Origin: Rickettsiales bacterium
GTDB lineage: Bacteria; Pseudomonadota; Alphaproteobacteria; Rickettsiales; UBA1997
Assembly (NCBI GenBank): GCA_035470525.1
Contig: DATIQT010000067.1
Location: 1-50,521 of the forward strand
Direction: 5' to 3'
DNA length: 50,521 bases
Each line of letters starts with the position of its first letter. Positions within the stretch are counted from its first letter, which is position 1. A program made the position numbers and the translations under genes. Below, piece by piece: positions 1 to 8,582 of the stretch. The notes beneath the pieces were generated by a model that was not told the origin of the DNA, searched no databases, and worked only from the letters and a program-made list of their open reading frames with translations.

Positions 1-146
1 AAAGACTACACCTTCCCCGCGAGGAACGAGCGGTTGGAAACAAGTATTTGAAGTAGAAATTAGAATTTTAAGGAAAATTATTTAAAATTATAATTTGATT
101 TACTATAAGTATTGAAATTGTTCAAATTTTATTTGCAGGAGGTCTA
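1..146. repeat. Repeat module copy A. A GC-rich half-palindrome (1-44) is followed by a conserved 60-bp block (87-146). It is related to 48329-48462.
   Basis: Bases 87-146 (attataatttgatttactataagtattgaaattgttcaaattttatttgcaggaggtcta) match 48402-48462 with about 3 mismatches. The reverse complement of 1-44 (cttgtttccaaccgctcgttcctcgcgggg...) matches 48329-48360. Confidence 0.7.
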
Positions 147-487
147 ATTAATAGCTATATTGTATTTTTTGATAAAGACTTTTACAAGAAATATGATAAG
201 GAAGTTGATTTTCTTTTAGAAAAAACTTATCTTTTGAGTTATGTTTTATGTCCAATAGGTTCTAAACTTCCTGTTATAATACTTCCAAAGACAATATTTT
301 ATTTTATAATTATTCAATATTATACTTAATTAACTATTGGTTGGAATATAATAAATTTACTTACACAAAAAACAATTAGGAAAATAACTTGTGCATCTTA
401 TAATTATAATACAACGCAAGTTGATTGACGACATTGTTTGAAGTGCAAGGTAGAATTTTATGTTTCAACTAATAGTTAATTAAGTAT

Positions 488-1432
488 ATGAATATATTAA
501 ATGATTTTTTAAATAATAAACTTACTCCTTCTCAATTAAAAAAGGAGGTTCTGCAAAATGATTTATCTGCTTTTATTCACAAAACATTTAATACGATAAA
601 TTCTGGTGTGAAATATAATCATAATTGGCATATAGATTTGATTGCTGAATATCTTAAAAGTGTGTTTGATGGAAGTACAAAAAGATTAATAATAAATGTT
701 CCACCACGAAGCCTTAAATCTGTGTGTGTTAGTGTAGCTTTTCCTGCTTGGATTTTGGGAAAAAAGCCAAATTCAAGAATTATTGTAGCGAGTTATTCTG
801 AACTACTAAGTTTGAAACATTCAACGGATTGTAGGTTAGTGGTTTCTTCAAAATGGTTTCAAGATTTGTTTCCAAATTTTCAAATGGCGGAAGGACAAAA
901 TGAAAAGCAAAAATTTGCAACGACGCAGAATGGGTATAGGTTTGCAACATCGGTTGGGGGAAGTTTAACGGGCGAAGGTGGCGATGTTTTGATTGTTGAT
1001 GATCCGCATAATCCACAACAAGTGATGAGCCAAAAATATAGGACTAAAACGTTGGAGTGGTTTAGTAATACTTTTATATCAAGGTTAAATGATAAGAAAA
1101 ATGGCGCGATTATAATTGTTATGCAAAGGTTACATCCGAATGATTTGGTTGGATATTTACTTGAAAAAAGTAATGAATGGACTGTGTTGAATATACCAGC
1201 AATAGCTGAAAAAGATACATATTATTCAATTGGCAATTTTGAAAAATTTAGGTTAAAAGGGGATATTTTACACCCATCAAGAGAAGGATTTAAGGAAATA
1301 GAGCAAATTAAAAAAGATATGGGTTCTTTTATATTCTCTGCACAATACCAACAGAAACCAGTTGTTGAGAAAGGAAATATGATAAAAATTGAATGGATAA
1401 AGAGGTTTAAATTATGCTTATTATATAAATAA
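488..1432 (+). CDS. Phage terminase large subunit, N-terminal ATPase domain only (truncated relic)
   Basis: Walker-A-like INVPPRSLKS and Walker-B LIVDDPH, plus the MQRLHPNDL motif typical of terminase_6/GTA-like TerL. The ORF has only 314 aa and no nuclease domain. Its 3' end runs into the convergent recO. Confidence 0.6.
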   Translation: MNILNDFLNNKLTPSQLKKEVLQNDLSAFIHKTFNTINSGVKYNHNWHIDLIAEYLKSVFDGSTKRLIINVPPRSLKSVCVSVAFPAWILGKKPNSRIIVASYSELLSLKHSTDCRLVVSSKWFQDLFPNFQMAEGQNEKQKFATTQNGYRFATSVGGSLTGEGGDVLIVDDPHNPQQVMSQKYRTKTLEWFSNTFISRLNDKKNGAIIIVMQRLHPNDLVGYLLEKSNEWTVLNIPAIAEKDTYYSIGNFEKFRLKGDILHPSREGFKEIEQIKKDMGSFIFSAQYQQKPVVEKGNMIKIEWIKRFKLCLLYK

Positions 1433-2128
1433 TTTTTCCCTAATAATTATAAATTTTTTGTATTTTTGAGAATTATTATTTTCATCTAGATATTTTTTAA
1501 GAAAAAAACTCATAACTTCAAAACATTGAAATATATCTTTTTGTTCAATTTTTTCTTTCTGGAATAATAAAGGAAAATATAAAAGTTTATCTTTGTAGGG
1601 TTCTCCTTTAATTTTAGAAACAGCTAATCCAGTTTTTGGTGAAATATAGTATAATTCATTCAAATTAACAGCATTATCAAAAATAATTCCGGTTCCAAGT
1701 ATATTTAATAGTATATTTTCAAAATATAAATATTCTTTTAGAATTAATTCCTTTTCTTTATTTTGTATTATATAATTAAAAATAGTATACATTTTATTAT
1801 ATAAGTTCTGCTCCAAATATCTTTCATAAATCAATTCGTTTATTAGAACTGTTATACTTTCTATTAAATTTAAATAAAATTTCTCAGAAATAAAATTTGA
1901 TAAAAATGATTTCACAACTTCGATTTTTATAGTTCCAAGTTGATTTGTACTTTTTGCTGACCATGAAAAATTAACTAAATTACCAATTTGATATTGATTT
2001 ATGTCTTTTTTAGTATGTTTCACATATCCAGAAATTAAACCATTTTCTTTACTTAATACTTTAACTAATAAAGAATTTTCTTCAAATTTCTTAATAAAAA
2101 CAATAAATCCACAATCTTCTATTTTCAT
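1421..2128 (-). CDS. recO: DNA repair protein RecO
   Basis: 235-aa ORF with the N-terminal OB-fold pattern (G.I...K..E.S.LV.VLS...G) and the size typical of RecO. Its start overlaps the stop of the upstream PBP2 gene. Confidence 0.6.
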   Translation of the reverse strand: MKIEDCGFIVFIKKFEENSLLVKVLSKENGLISGYVKHTKKDINQYQIGNLVNFSWSAKSTNQLGTIKIEVVKSFLSNFISEKFYLNLIESITVLINELIYERYLEQNLYNKMYTIFNYIIQNKEKELILKEYLYFENILLNILGTGIIFDNAVNLNELYYISPKTGLAVSKIKGEPYKDKLLYFPLLFQKEKIEQKDIFQCFEVMSFFLKKYLDENNNSQKYKKFIIIREKLFI

Positions 2129-3981
2129 TTTTCAGTTTGTTCAAAACCAATATTATTTTTCTGTGCAAATAATAAAACATCTCTAGCTACTGGTGCTGCA
2201 GCTCCAGAGCCACTATTTCCATGTTCAACAACAACAGAAATAGCATATTTTGGATCTTCATAAGGAGCGAAAGCTACGAATAAAGCATGATGTTTAAATT
2301 TTGTTTCAACTTCTTCATAATTTTCCTCCATTTCTTCTAATTTTTCTTTTGCTATCACTTGTGCTGTTCCAGTTTTACCAGACATTTCAAAACCTTTTTC
2401 TTTGATTCTTGACCAATAAGCAGTACCATCTTTGTCATTTATAACTCCATACATACCTTTTTTAACTGTATTGATAGTTTGTTGACTAACTATTGGCTGA
2501 GATAAAAATACTTCTTTATTCTTATCAGCAGTAGGACTATTAGATATTATAAATGGCTCTACTTTATAACCACCATTAGCAATTCTAGCAACCATAACAA
2601 CTAATTCAAGAGGAGTAACTGTTAAGAACCCCTGCCCTATTGAAACATTAATAGTATCTCCTGTAACCCAAACATCATTAAAAACCTTCCTCTTCCAATC
2701 TTTATTTGGAACATTGCCAACTTTTTTGTTTAATAAGTCTATATCAAAATTTTCACCAATACCAAAATCAATAGCAGTTTTATAAATATTTTCTATACCG
2801 GTAAAAAGACCAACTCTTGAAAAATATATATTACAAGAATATTTAATAGCTTGAACCATATTTATTATTCCATGACCTTCTTTTTTCCAACAATGTAAAG
2901 TTCTACTTTTATTTAAATAAAGTTTTCCTCTACATTCTATTTCTTTATCTTCACTCCAACCATTCTCTAAAGCAGATATAGCGGTTATCAATTTAAATGT
3001 TGAACCTGGTGGGTAAGTAGCGCTAACAGCTTTATTATTTAAAGGTTTAGCAGGATTATTATTTAACTCTTCCCAATACTCGCTAGAAACACCTTCAACA
3101 AATTTATTACCATCAAATGTTGGTGTTGAAACCATAGCTAGAATTTCACCAGTCCTAACATTCATAACTATAACAGCACCTTCAAGACCTTTCATTCTAT
3201 CTTCAACAAACTTTTGTAAATTATAGTCTATAGTTAATTTGATATTTTTCCCCTCAGTACTTGGCTTAACACTTATTTCTCTTATAGGAACAGATAAAGC
3301 ATTAACTTCTAATTTTTTAAAGCCATTCTTACCTGTTATATTACTGTTAAATAATTTCTCCATTCCGCTTCTACCAATTTTATAATCAGGACTAAGTAAA
3401 AGTTCTTTATTTTTTAGTTCTTTCTCATTATCAATTTCTTCTTTTATTGGACTATTAACATAACCAATAACATGAGAAAAAGTTGTTGAATAAGGATAAT
3501 ATCTAATATAACCATTTTCAATAGATATCCCATCTAGCATATATGAATTTGCTTCTATTTTAATCAAATCTTCCCAATCAACATTATCCACAATAGAAAC
3601 AATTGGTTGATCTTTATTTTTATCTAATTTTTTTACAATTTTACTTACTTCATTATCAGACAAACTAAGAATTTCTGATAATTTCTTAATAACATTATTA
3701 TTACTATTTTTACTTTGATAAAACAAAACTCTATAATTTTTTTGATTTTCAGTGAGCTTTATATTATTCCTATCCAAAATATGTCCTCTTAATGGCGGAA
3801 TAACAAAAGTTTTTATTCGGTTATCTTCAGACATACCAACATATTTATCATAACTAATAATTTGAAGATACGTCAGCCTAATAATTAAAACCAAAAACAG
3901 AAAAATCTGTATAGAAAATATTACTATTAATCTTCTATTTGAAATTCTTGTTTTCTCATGTTCTTCATGTATTCCAGTCAT
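2125..3981 (-). CDS. mrdA: Penicillin-binding protein 2 (elongation transpeptidase)
   Basis: N-terminal TM segment. Transpeptidase motifs STFK (PPGSTFKLITA), SCN (KYSCNIYF) and KTGTA are present. Confidence 0.85.
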   Translation of the reverse strand: MTGIHEEHEKTRISNRRLIVIFSIQIFLFLVLIIRLTYLQIISYDKYVGMSEDNRIKTFVIPPLRGHILDRNNIKLTENQKNYRVLFYQSKNSNNNVIKKLSEILSLSDNEVSKIVKKLDKNKDQPIVSIVDNVDWEDLIKIEANSYMLDGISIENGYIRYYPYSTTFSHVIGYVNSPIKEEIDNEKELKNKELLLSPDYKIGRSGMEKLFNSNITGKNGFKKLEVNALSVPIREISVKPSTEGKNIKLTIDYNLQKFVEDRMKGLEGAVIVMNVRTGEILAMVSTPTFDGNKFVEGVSSEYWEELNNNPAKPLNNKAVSATYPPGSTFKLITAISALENGWSEDKEIECRGKLYLNKSRTLHCWKKEGHGIINMVQAIKYSCNIYFSRVGLFTGIENIYKTAIDFGIGENFDIDLLNKKVGNVPNKDWKRKVFNDVWVTGDTINVSIGQGFLTVTPLELVVMVARIANGGYKVEPFIISNSPTADKNKEVFLSQPIVSQQTINTVKKGMYGVINDKDGTAYWSRIKEKGFEMSGKTGTAQVIAKEKLEEMEENYEEVETKFKHHALFVAFAPYEDPKYAISVVVEHGNSGSGAAAPVARDVLLFAQKNNIGFEQTEK

Positions 3982-4100
3982 AATTTAATTAAACAAATTG
4001 TTTAAAATCTCCCTAATATCATTAATAACCGCTATAAATATTTGCAAAAAAAGCGAAAAAACATTATATAATAATTTCAATAATTCTTCCATAAAAACTT

Positions 4101-5201
4101 TTAAATATTAAACCTAAAATGAAATATATCTCCATCTTTAGCAATATATTCTTTTCCTTCTACCCTTAATTTACCAGCATTTTTACAACCTTCCTCACCA
4201 TTATATTTAATATAATCATCATAAGAAATTGTTTCAGCCCTTATAAAACCTTTTTCAAAATCAGTATGAATAACTCCAGCACATTGAGGAGCAAAACTAC
4301 CTTTTTTAACAGTCCAAGCTTTACTTTCCATTTCACCAGCTGTAAAGAAAGTAATCAGTCCTAAGAATTGATAAGCTATTTTTATAATTTTATCAAGACC
4401 AGTTTCTTCTAATCCAAGTGCCTCCAAAAACTCTTTCTTTTCTTCTCTAGTTTCCAAAACAGCTATTTCAGATTCAACCTTAGCAGAAATTATCGTTGAA
4501 ATCCCACCTCTTTTTTTCACATACTCTTCAACATTTTTTGTAAAATTGTTTCCGGTCAAGACATCTTCTTCAGAAACGTTACAAACAAAAAATTCAGGCT
4601 TTGAAGTCAATAATTGTAACATTCTATATTCTTTTTCTTCATCTTTTGTTGGTTTGTAATCGCGTGCAGGTCTTCCATCTCTCAATAATGGCAAGACTTT
4701 TTTAATCAAATTAACCTGCTCTACCAATTCTTTATCGCCACTTTTTGCTTTTTTTTCAAGATTTGGTAACCTTTTTTCAAGACTTTCCAAATCCGACAAA
4801 ACCAATTCAGTTTCAATCAACTCCAAATCTCTAATTGGATCAATAGTATTTTCAACATGCACAATATTTGTATCTTCAAAACATCTAACAACATTAACTA
4901 TACAATCAACCTCTCTTATATGAGATAAAAACTGATTTCCCAATCCTTCACCTTTACTTGCACCTCTAACCAACCCTGCAATATCACAAAACTCAATTTG
5001 TGTTGGAACTATTTGTTTTGAATGAGCTATTTGAGCCAATTTGTTCAATCTTTCATCATTCACACACACCCTACCAATATTTGGTTCAATTGTACAGAAT
5101 GGATAGTTTTGAGCATCTGCTTTCGCAGTTTGAGTTAAAGCATTAAATAATGTTGATTTGCCAACATTTGGTAAGCCTACAATACCACAAGTTAAAGACA
5201 T
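4101..5201 (-). CDS. ychF: Ribosome-binding ATPase YchF
   Basis: P-loop GIVGLPNVGKSTLFNALT, a DIAGLV G3 motif and the C-terminal TGS-like RVEGKEYIAKDGDIFHFRFN. Confidence 0.9.
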   Translation of the reverse strand: MSLTCGIVGLPNVGKSTLFNALTQTAKADAQNYPFCTIEPNIGRVCVNDERLNKLAQIAHSKQIVPTQIEFCDIAGLVRGASKGEGLGNQFLSHIREVDCIVNVVRCFEDTNIVHVENTIDPIRDLELIETELVLSDLESLEKRLPNLEKKAKSGDKELVEQVNLIKKVLPLLRDGRPARDYKPTKDEEKEYRMLQLLTSKPEFFVCNVSEEDVLTGNNFTKNVEEYVKKRGGISTIISAKVESEIAVLETREEKKEFLEALGLEETGLDKIIKIAYQFLGLITFFTAGEMESKAWTVKKGSFAPQCAGVIHTDFEKGFIRAETISYDDYIKYNGEEGCKNAGKLRVEGKEYIAKDGDIFHFRFNI

Positions 5202-5326
5202 TTTTTCCTATAAAATACACTTATCATTTATGGTATAGTATAAAAATAAAAAGTAAATCTATAAATTATATATAAAAATGGTAATAGTATAAATTAATCA
5301 AGAATACATTAAATATTTATTATAAT

Positions 5327-5437
5327 ATTAGACACTGTTATCAAAGGTTTACAGTCGCAATAAAATTTATGACATTCCTTGTATTTCTTCGTATAAGTGA
5401 GTTTAAAAAGATTAAACATTTGATAACAGTGTCTAAT
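5327..5437. repeat. Perfect 19-bp inverted repeat (attagacactgttatcaaa / tttgataacagtgtctaat) flanking an approximately 73-bp spacer
   Basis: Read directly: 5327-5345 is the exact reverse complement of 5419-5437. It lies just downstream of the tmRNA coding piece. Confidence 0.8.
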
Positions 5438-5449
5438 GATTTTAAACAT

Positions 5450-5740
5450 ACTGAATAAGTGGAGGGATTGGTTAAATGGTTCCCTCCTAACCACTGTTTG
5501 TTAGTCAAACTCCTATTGGAGCAACCCCGAAGGGTTAAGCGGCTAAAGCAAACTCTGCATTTTCATCTGCATTTAAGTTTTTGAACTGTTGCGGTCGTAT
5601 CTAACCGAGCAAAATTAATACTTTTTAACGTATGTCAAAGCTGATTCATCCCCATTATTAATCTCTGGTGGAGATGCCGAGTACCGCCCTCGGGTCCATA
5701 TCGTCTATTATGTATAACATTTATTGCTATAGTCATAAAG
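5450..5740 (-). ncRNA. ssrA: Two-piece (circularly permuted) tmRNA. The acceptor piece is upstream and the coding piece downstream. Outer ends are approximate.
   Basis: On the minus strand the T-arm CCGAG-GGCGGTA-CTCGG plus CATCTCCACCA ends at 5666. After a 12-nt spacer, GGGGATGAATCAGCTTTGACA begins at about 5653. GGGGAT pairs with ATCTCC and gives a G3:U70 pair. The tag ORF GCA GAT GAA AAT GCA GAG TTT GCT TTA GCC GCT TAA (5535-5570) encodes ADENAEFALAA. Confidence 0.8.
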
Positions 5741-5920
5741 ACATTCTAATTGTAATATATATTATTTTATTTTTCAAGCTAAATATATTATGATAACATG
5801 GATTGATACGCTTTAAGCCTTAAATGTGTTATTACCTGATAACAACTTATTTTACAATCATAAATTAGTATTCAGATTATCTTAGTAATTAAGAAAAAGT
5901 ATTTAAAATCATAAGAAATT

Positions 5921-5945
5921 AAAATACGCCATCAAAATGATGGCG
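5921..5945 (-). terminator. Rho-independent terminator overlapping the 3' end of tRNA-Asp
   Basis: The minus strand reads CGCCATCATTTTGATGGCG followed by TATTTT. Confidence 0.5.
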
Positions 5946-6017
5946 CGAGTGAAGGGACTTGAACCCTCGGCCTTCTGCGTGACAGGCAGACGCTCTAACC
6001 AGCTGAGCTACACCCGC
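5941..6017 (-). tRNA. tRNA-Asp (anticodon GTC), CCA encoded
   Basis: The minus strand reads GCGGGTGTAGCTCAGCTGGTTAGAGCGTCTGCCTGTCACGCAGAAGGCCGAGGGTTCAAGTCCCTTCACTCGCGCCA. A full cloverleaf was checked by hand. The anticodon loop is CTGTCAC. Confidence 0.93.
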
Positions 6018-6021
6018 TCCA

Positions 6022-6098
6022 TGGTGGGTGCTATAGGATTCGAACCTATGACCCCCTGCTTGTAAGGCAGATGCTCTAACCAACTGAGCTAAGCACCC
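6022..6098 (-). tRNA. tRNA-Val (anticodon TAC), CCA encoded
   Basis: The minus strand reads GGGTGCTTAGCTCAGTTGGTTAGAGCATCTGCCTTACAAGCAGGGGGTCATAGGTTCGAATCCTATAGCACCCACCA. The acceptor, D and T stems all pair. The anticodon loop is CTTACAA. Confidence 0.93.
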
Positions 6099-6191
6099 AT
6101 GATTTTGAATTATAATAACCAATATTTTAATTTGCAAGAAAAAAATAAAAAAATTTGTAATATTACAAATTATTTATGCAACATGTCTATT

Positions 6192-6554
6192 TTAACATAT
6201 TTTTAATTCCTCTTCCTCTGGTAAAATATTGAGTAATATTTTTAATGCTTTTCTGCTCTCAAAAATAGAGCCATCACCAACTTTTAAACCAACCAATATA
6301 CAGCCATGAGTATCTTTTGTATAATTCCCTGCATGTATTAATATATTTGTCCTATTAACCACATTGTTAATAGCAAAACATTCTTTAAATTTTGGACTGT
6401 AATGTTTTCTGATTTTGTAAATCCCTTCTGGTATACAAGAAATATTTGTTTGGTTATCTTTGTAAGGCAATTCTAATGTATAAAATACCTTATCTTCAAA
6501 AACTAATTTTCCAATTGTGAAATTATCATTATAAACTCTTTTTATTGTTAACAT
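6192..6554 (-). CDS. DUF5675-like small protein (phage-associated family)
   Basis: 120 aa. The pattern TIGKL....F.TLE.P...N....SCIPEGIY.....SPKF......NV..R..ILIH.GN...DT.GCILVG recalls DUF5675. Confidence 0.45.
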   Translation of the reverse strand: MLTIKRVYNDNFTIGKLVFEDKVFYTLELPYKDNQTNISCIPEGIYKIRKHYSPKFKECFAINNVVNRTNILIHAGNYTKDTHGCILVGLKVGDGSIFESRKALKILLNILPEEEELKIC

Positions 6555-6619
6555 AACATAAAATTTATTATATTAATATTAACTTTATAATAATATTTAA
6601 TAATGAAAGTATATAAAAT

Positions 6620-6642
6620 GAGGCTTTAGAAACTAAAGCCTC
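6620..6642. terminator. Stem-loop between kdsA and the downstream gene, possibly a bidirectional terminator
   Basis: gaggcttta-gaaac-taaagcctc, flanked by an A-run on the plus strand and by ATTTTAT on the minus-strand read. Confidence 0.45.
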
Positions 6643-6649
6643 AAAAAAA

Positions 6650-7507
6650 TTACATTATAATTTCATAATTTTCATATTCCATAGGATTTTCCTTAGCAAT
6701 TTTATCCAATAAAACTAATCTTGTTAAGATCTTTTCTAGCTTGCTTAAGTAAATCATATTTGCAGCATCTGATGGAGCAACTGGTGGGTTATCATGAACT
6801 TCAGCAAATACACCAGCAACACCAACTGATATTGCTGCAGAAGCAATTACCTGAGCCATATCTCTGTTTCCACCAGTAGTTCTTCCGCCTGGGTGTTGAA
6901 CTGCGTGTGTACAATCAATAGTTACAGGTGTTCCGTGTTGTGCCATTACTGGGAATGCTCTCATATCAACAACTTGAGTTCCATAACCAAAGGCTGTTCC
7001 TCTCTCGCATAGCATTATTTTATCATTTCCGAAAGCTTCGCATTTTTTTACAACACTTTCCATACTCCAAGGAGCCAAACATTGTAATTTTTTAATATGC
7101 ATTGGTTTGCCTTGCTTAGCAATAGCCTCAAGTAAATCAGATTGTCTACATAAAAATGCAGGAACTTGCAATACATCACAAACTTCAGCAACTGGCTTCG
7201 CCTGCTCTGGCAAATGAACGTCCGTAATTACAGGAACACCAATTTTTTTCTTTATTTGTTCAAATACTTTCAATCCTTCTTCTAATCCTAATCCTCTTTT
7301 TGCACTAACACTAGTTCTGTTAGCTTTATCAAAACTTGCTTTAAATACATACGGTATGTGAAGTTTTTCACATATTTTTTTGATACCATCAGCTATAAAC
7401 AATGAATGATCCAAACTTTCAGCTTGACAAGGTCCTGCCATTAAAAAGAATGGTTTATCATTTGAAATTTCAAAATTTGCAATTTTGATAATTTTATTTT
7501 TAGTCAT
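6650..7507 (-). CDS. kdsA: 2-dehydro-3-deoxyphosphooctonate aldolase (KDO-8-P synthase)
   Basis: Highly conserved blocks: AGPCQAES, YVFKASFDKANRTS, VITDVH, QVPAFLCRQSDLL, KK.Q.L.PW and DCTHAVQHPGG. Confidence 0.92.
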   Translation of the reverse strand: MTKNKIIKIANFEISNDKPFFLMAGPCQAESLDHSLFIADGIKKICEKLHIPYVFKASFDKANRTSVSAKRGLGLEEGLKVFEQIKKKIGVPVITDVHLPEQAKPVAEVCDVLQVPAFLCRQSDLLEAIAKQGKPMHIKKLQCLAPWSMESVVKKCEAFGNDKIMLCERGTAFGYGTQVVDMRAFPVMAQHGTPVTIDCTHAVQHPGGRTTGGNRDMAQVIASAAISVGVAGVFAEVHDNPPVAPSDAANMIYLSKLEKILTRLVLLDKIAKENPMEYENYEIIM

Positions 7508-7700
7508 AATTTTTTCAAATTGTTAACATTGGCACTTAGGCTAACAATTTTTTTATAAAAGTCAATTTTATGATTATTGCTTTTGCAATTAATATTATTT
7601 GTTATTCCTATAAATAATAAAATTTAACATTAGATTATAGAACTTGAAATATTAAAAAATATATATAAGAATATTAGTGAAATAAATTTAATATTTGTTA

Positions 7701-8582
7701 ATGGGTTCAAAAGATTATAATAGTTTTCAAAAAATTCTTACAAAATTATATGGTTTTTGGGATAATTTTGGTTGTGTATTAATACCACCATCTCAAACTG
7801 AAATATCATCACCATTGTTTCACCCAACAACTTTCTTTGGAATGATTGAGGATAATAATATTGATACAATGTATTTCCAACCACATGTCGCTTCAAAAGA
7901 ATTTGATAATGATAAATTTGGCATTCAAAATTATACTTTTTTGAAGTTTCAAGTAGTTCTAAAATCAAAAGTATTAAATCCACAACAGTTATTCTTAAAT
8001 AGTTTGGAATATATTGGTTTAAATCTAAAAGATAATGATATAAGATTTATTAATGAGAATTATGAAAATTTTATTTTCAGATTTAACGCTTTCGGTTATA
8101 GAATTTTATTTAATAATGTTTCAATAGCAAAATTACATTATGTTCAAAATATAGGATATCATGATTTTACTTGTGTCCCTACAATAATAACATTTGATTT
8201 AGATAAAATTTTAACAATTTTACAAAACAATAATAATTTATGGGATATATCTTGGAATGGTTCAAAAGAAAAAGATGAAATTTTGTATTCAGATATTATG
8301 TATAAATCAGAACTTGAAAATCATGAATTTATAAAAGACTCAACAACAAATGAAATTATCTTAAAACAATTAATTAACTTTAAAGATATAGCTATCAAAT
8401 TATTAGATAAAAAAATTATAATCCCAGCATATATAAATATTTTAAAAGCAAAGTATTGTTTAGATATTCTGTGTTTGAGGGATTATATTATGTATGATGC
8501 CAAATTGGATTATAGTAAATCTTTGAGAGAATTAGTAGATTTATGTTGCGAGAATTATTTACATGAGGGAACTAATGAGTAA
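7701..8582 (+). CDS. glyQ: Glycine--tRNA ligase alpha subunit homologue. It is colinear with GlyQ but the catalytic motifs are degenerate.
   Basis: FQKILTKLYGFWDNFGC, FHPTTF, YFQP, KFQVV, DIRFI.EN.EN and PAY.NILKA align with E. coli GlyQ at the same spacing. It overlaps glyS. See the findings for the lost motifs. Confidence 0.65.
   Translation: MGSKDYNSFQKILTKLYGFWDNFGCVLIPPSQTEISSPLFHPTTFFGMIEDNNIDTMYFQPHVASKEFDNDKFGIQNYTFLKFQVVLKSKVLNPQQLFLNSLEYIGLNLKDNDIRFINENYENFIFRFNAFGYRILFNNVSIAKLHYVQNIGYHDFTCVPTIITFDLDKILTILQNNNNLWDISWNGSKEKDEILYSDIMYKSELENHEFIKDSTTNEIILKQLINFKDIAIKLLDKKIIIPAYINILKAKYCLDILCLRDYIMYDAKLDYSKSLRELVDLCCENYLHEGTNE

Noticed and set aside
5309-5494. 61-aa minus-strand ORF
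   Set aside because: It spans the 19-bp inverted repeat and the 3' part of the tmRNA coding piece. It has no coding features.
5919-6137. 72-aa minus-strand ORF
   Set aside because: It is entirely explained by the tRNA-Asp and tRNA-Val genes on the same strand (a shadow ORF through GC-rich tRNA sequence).
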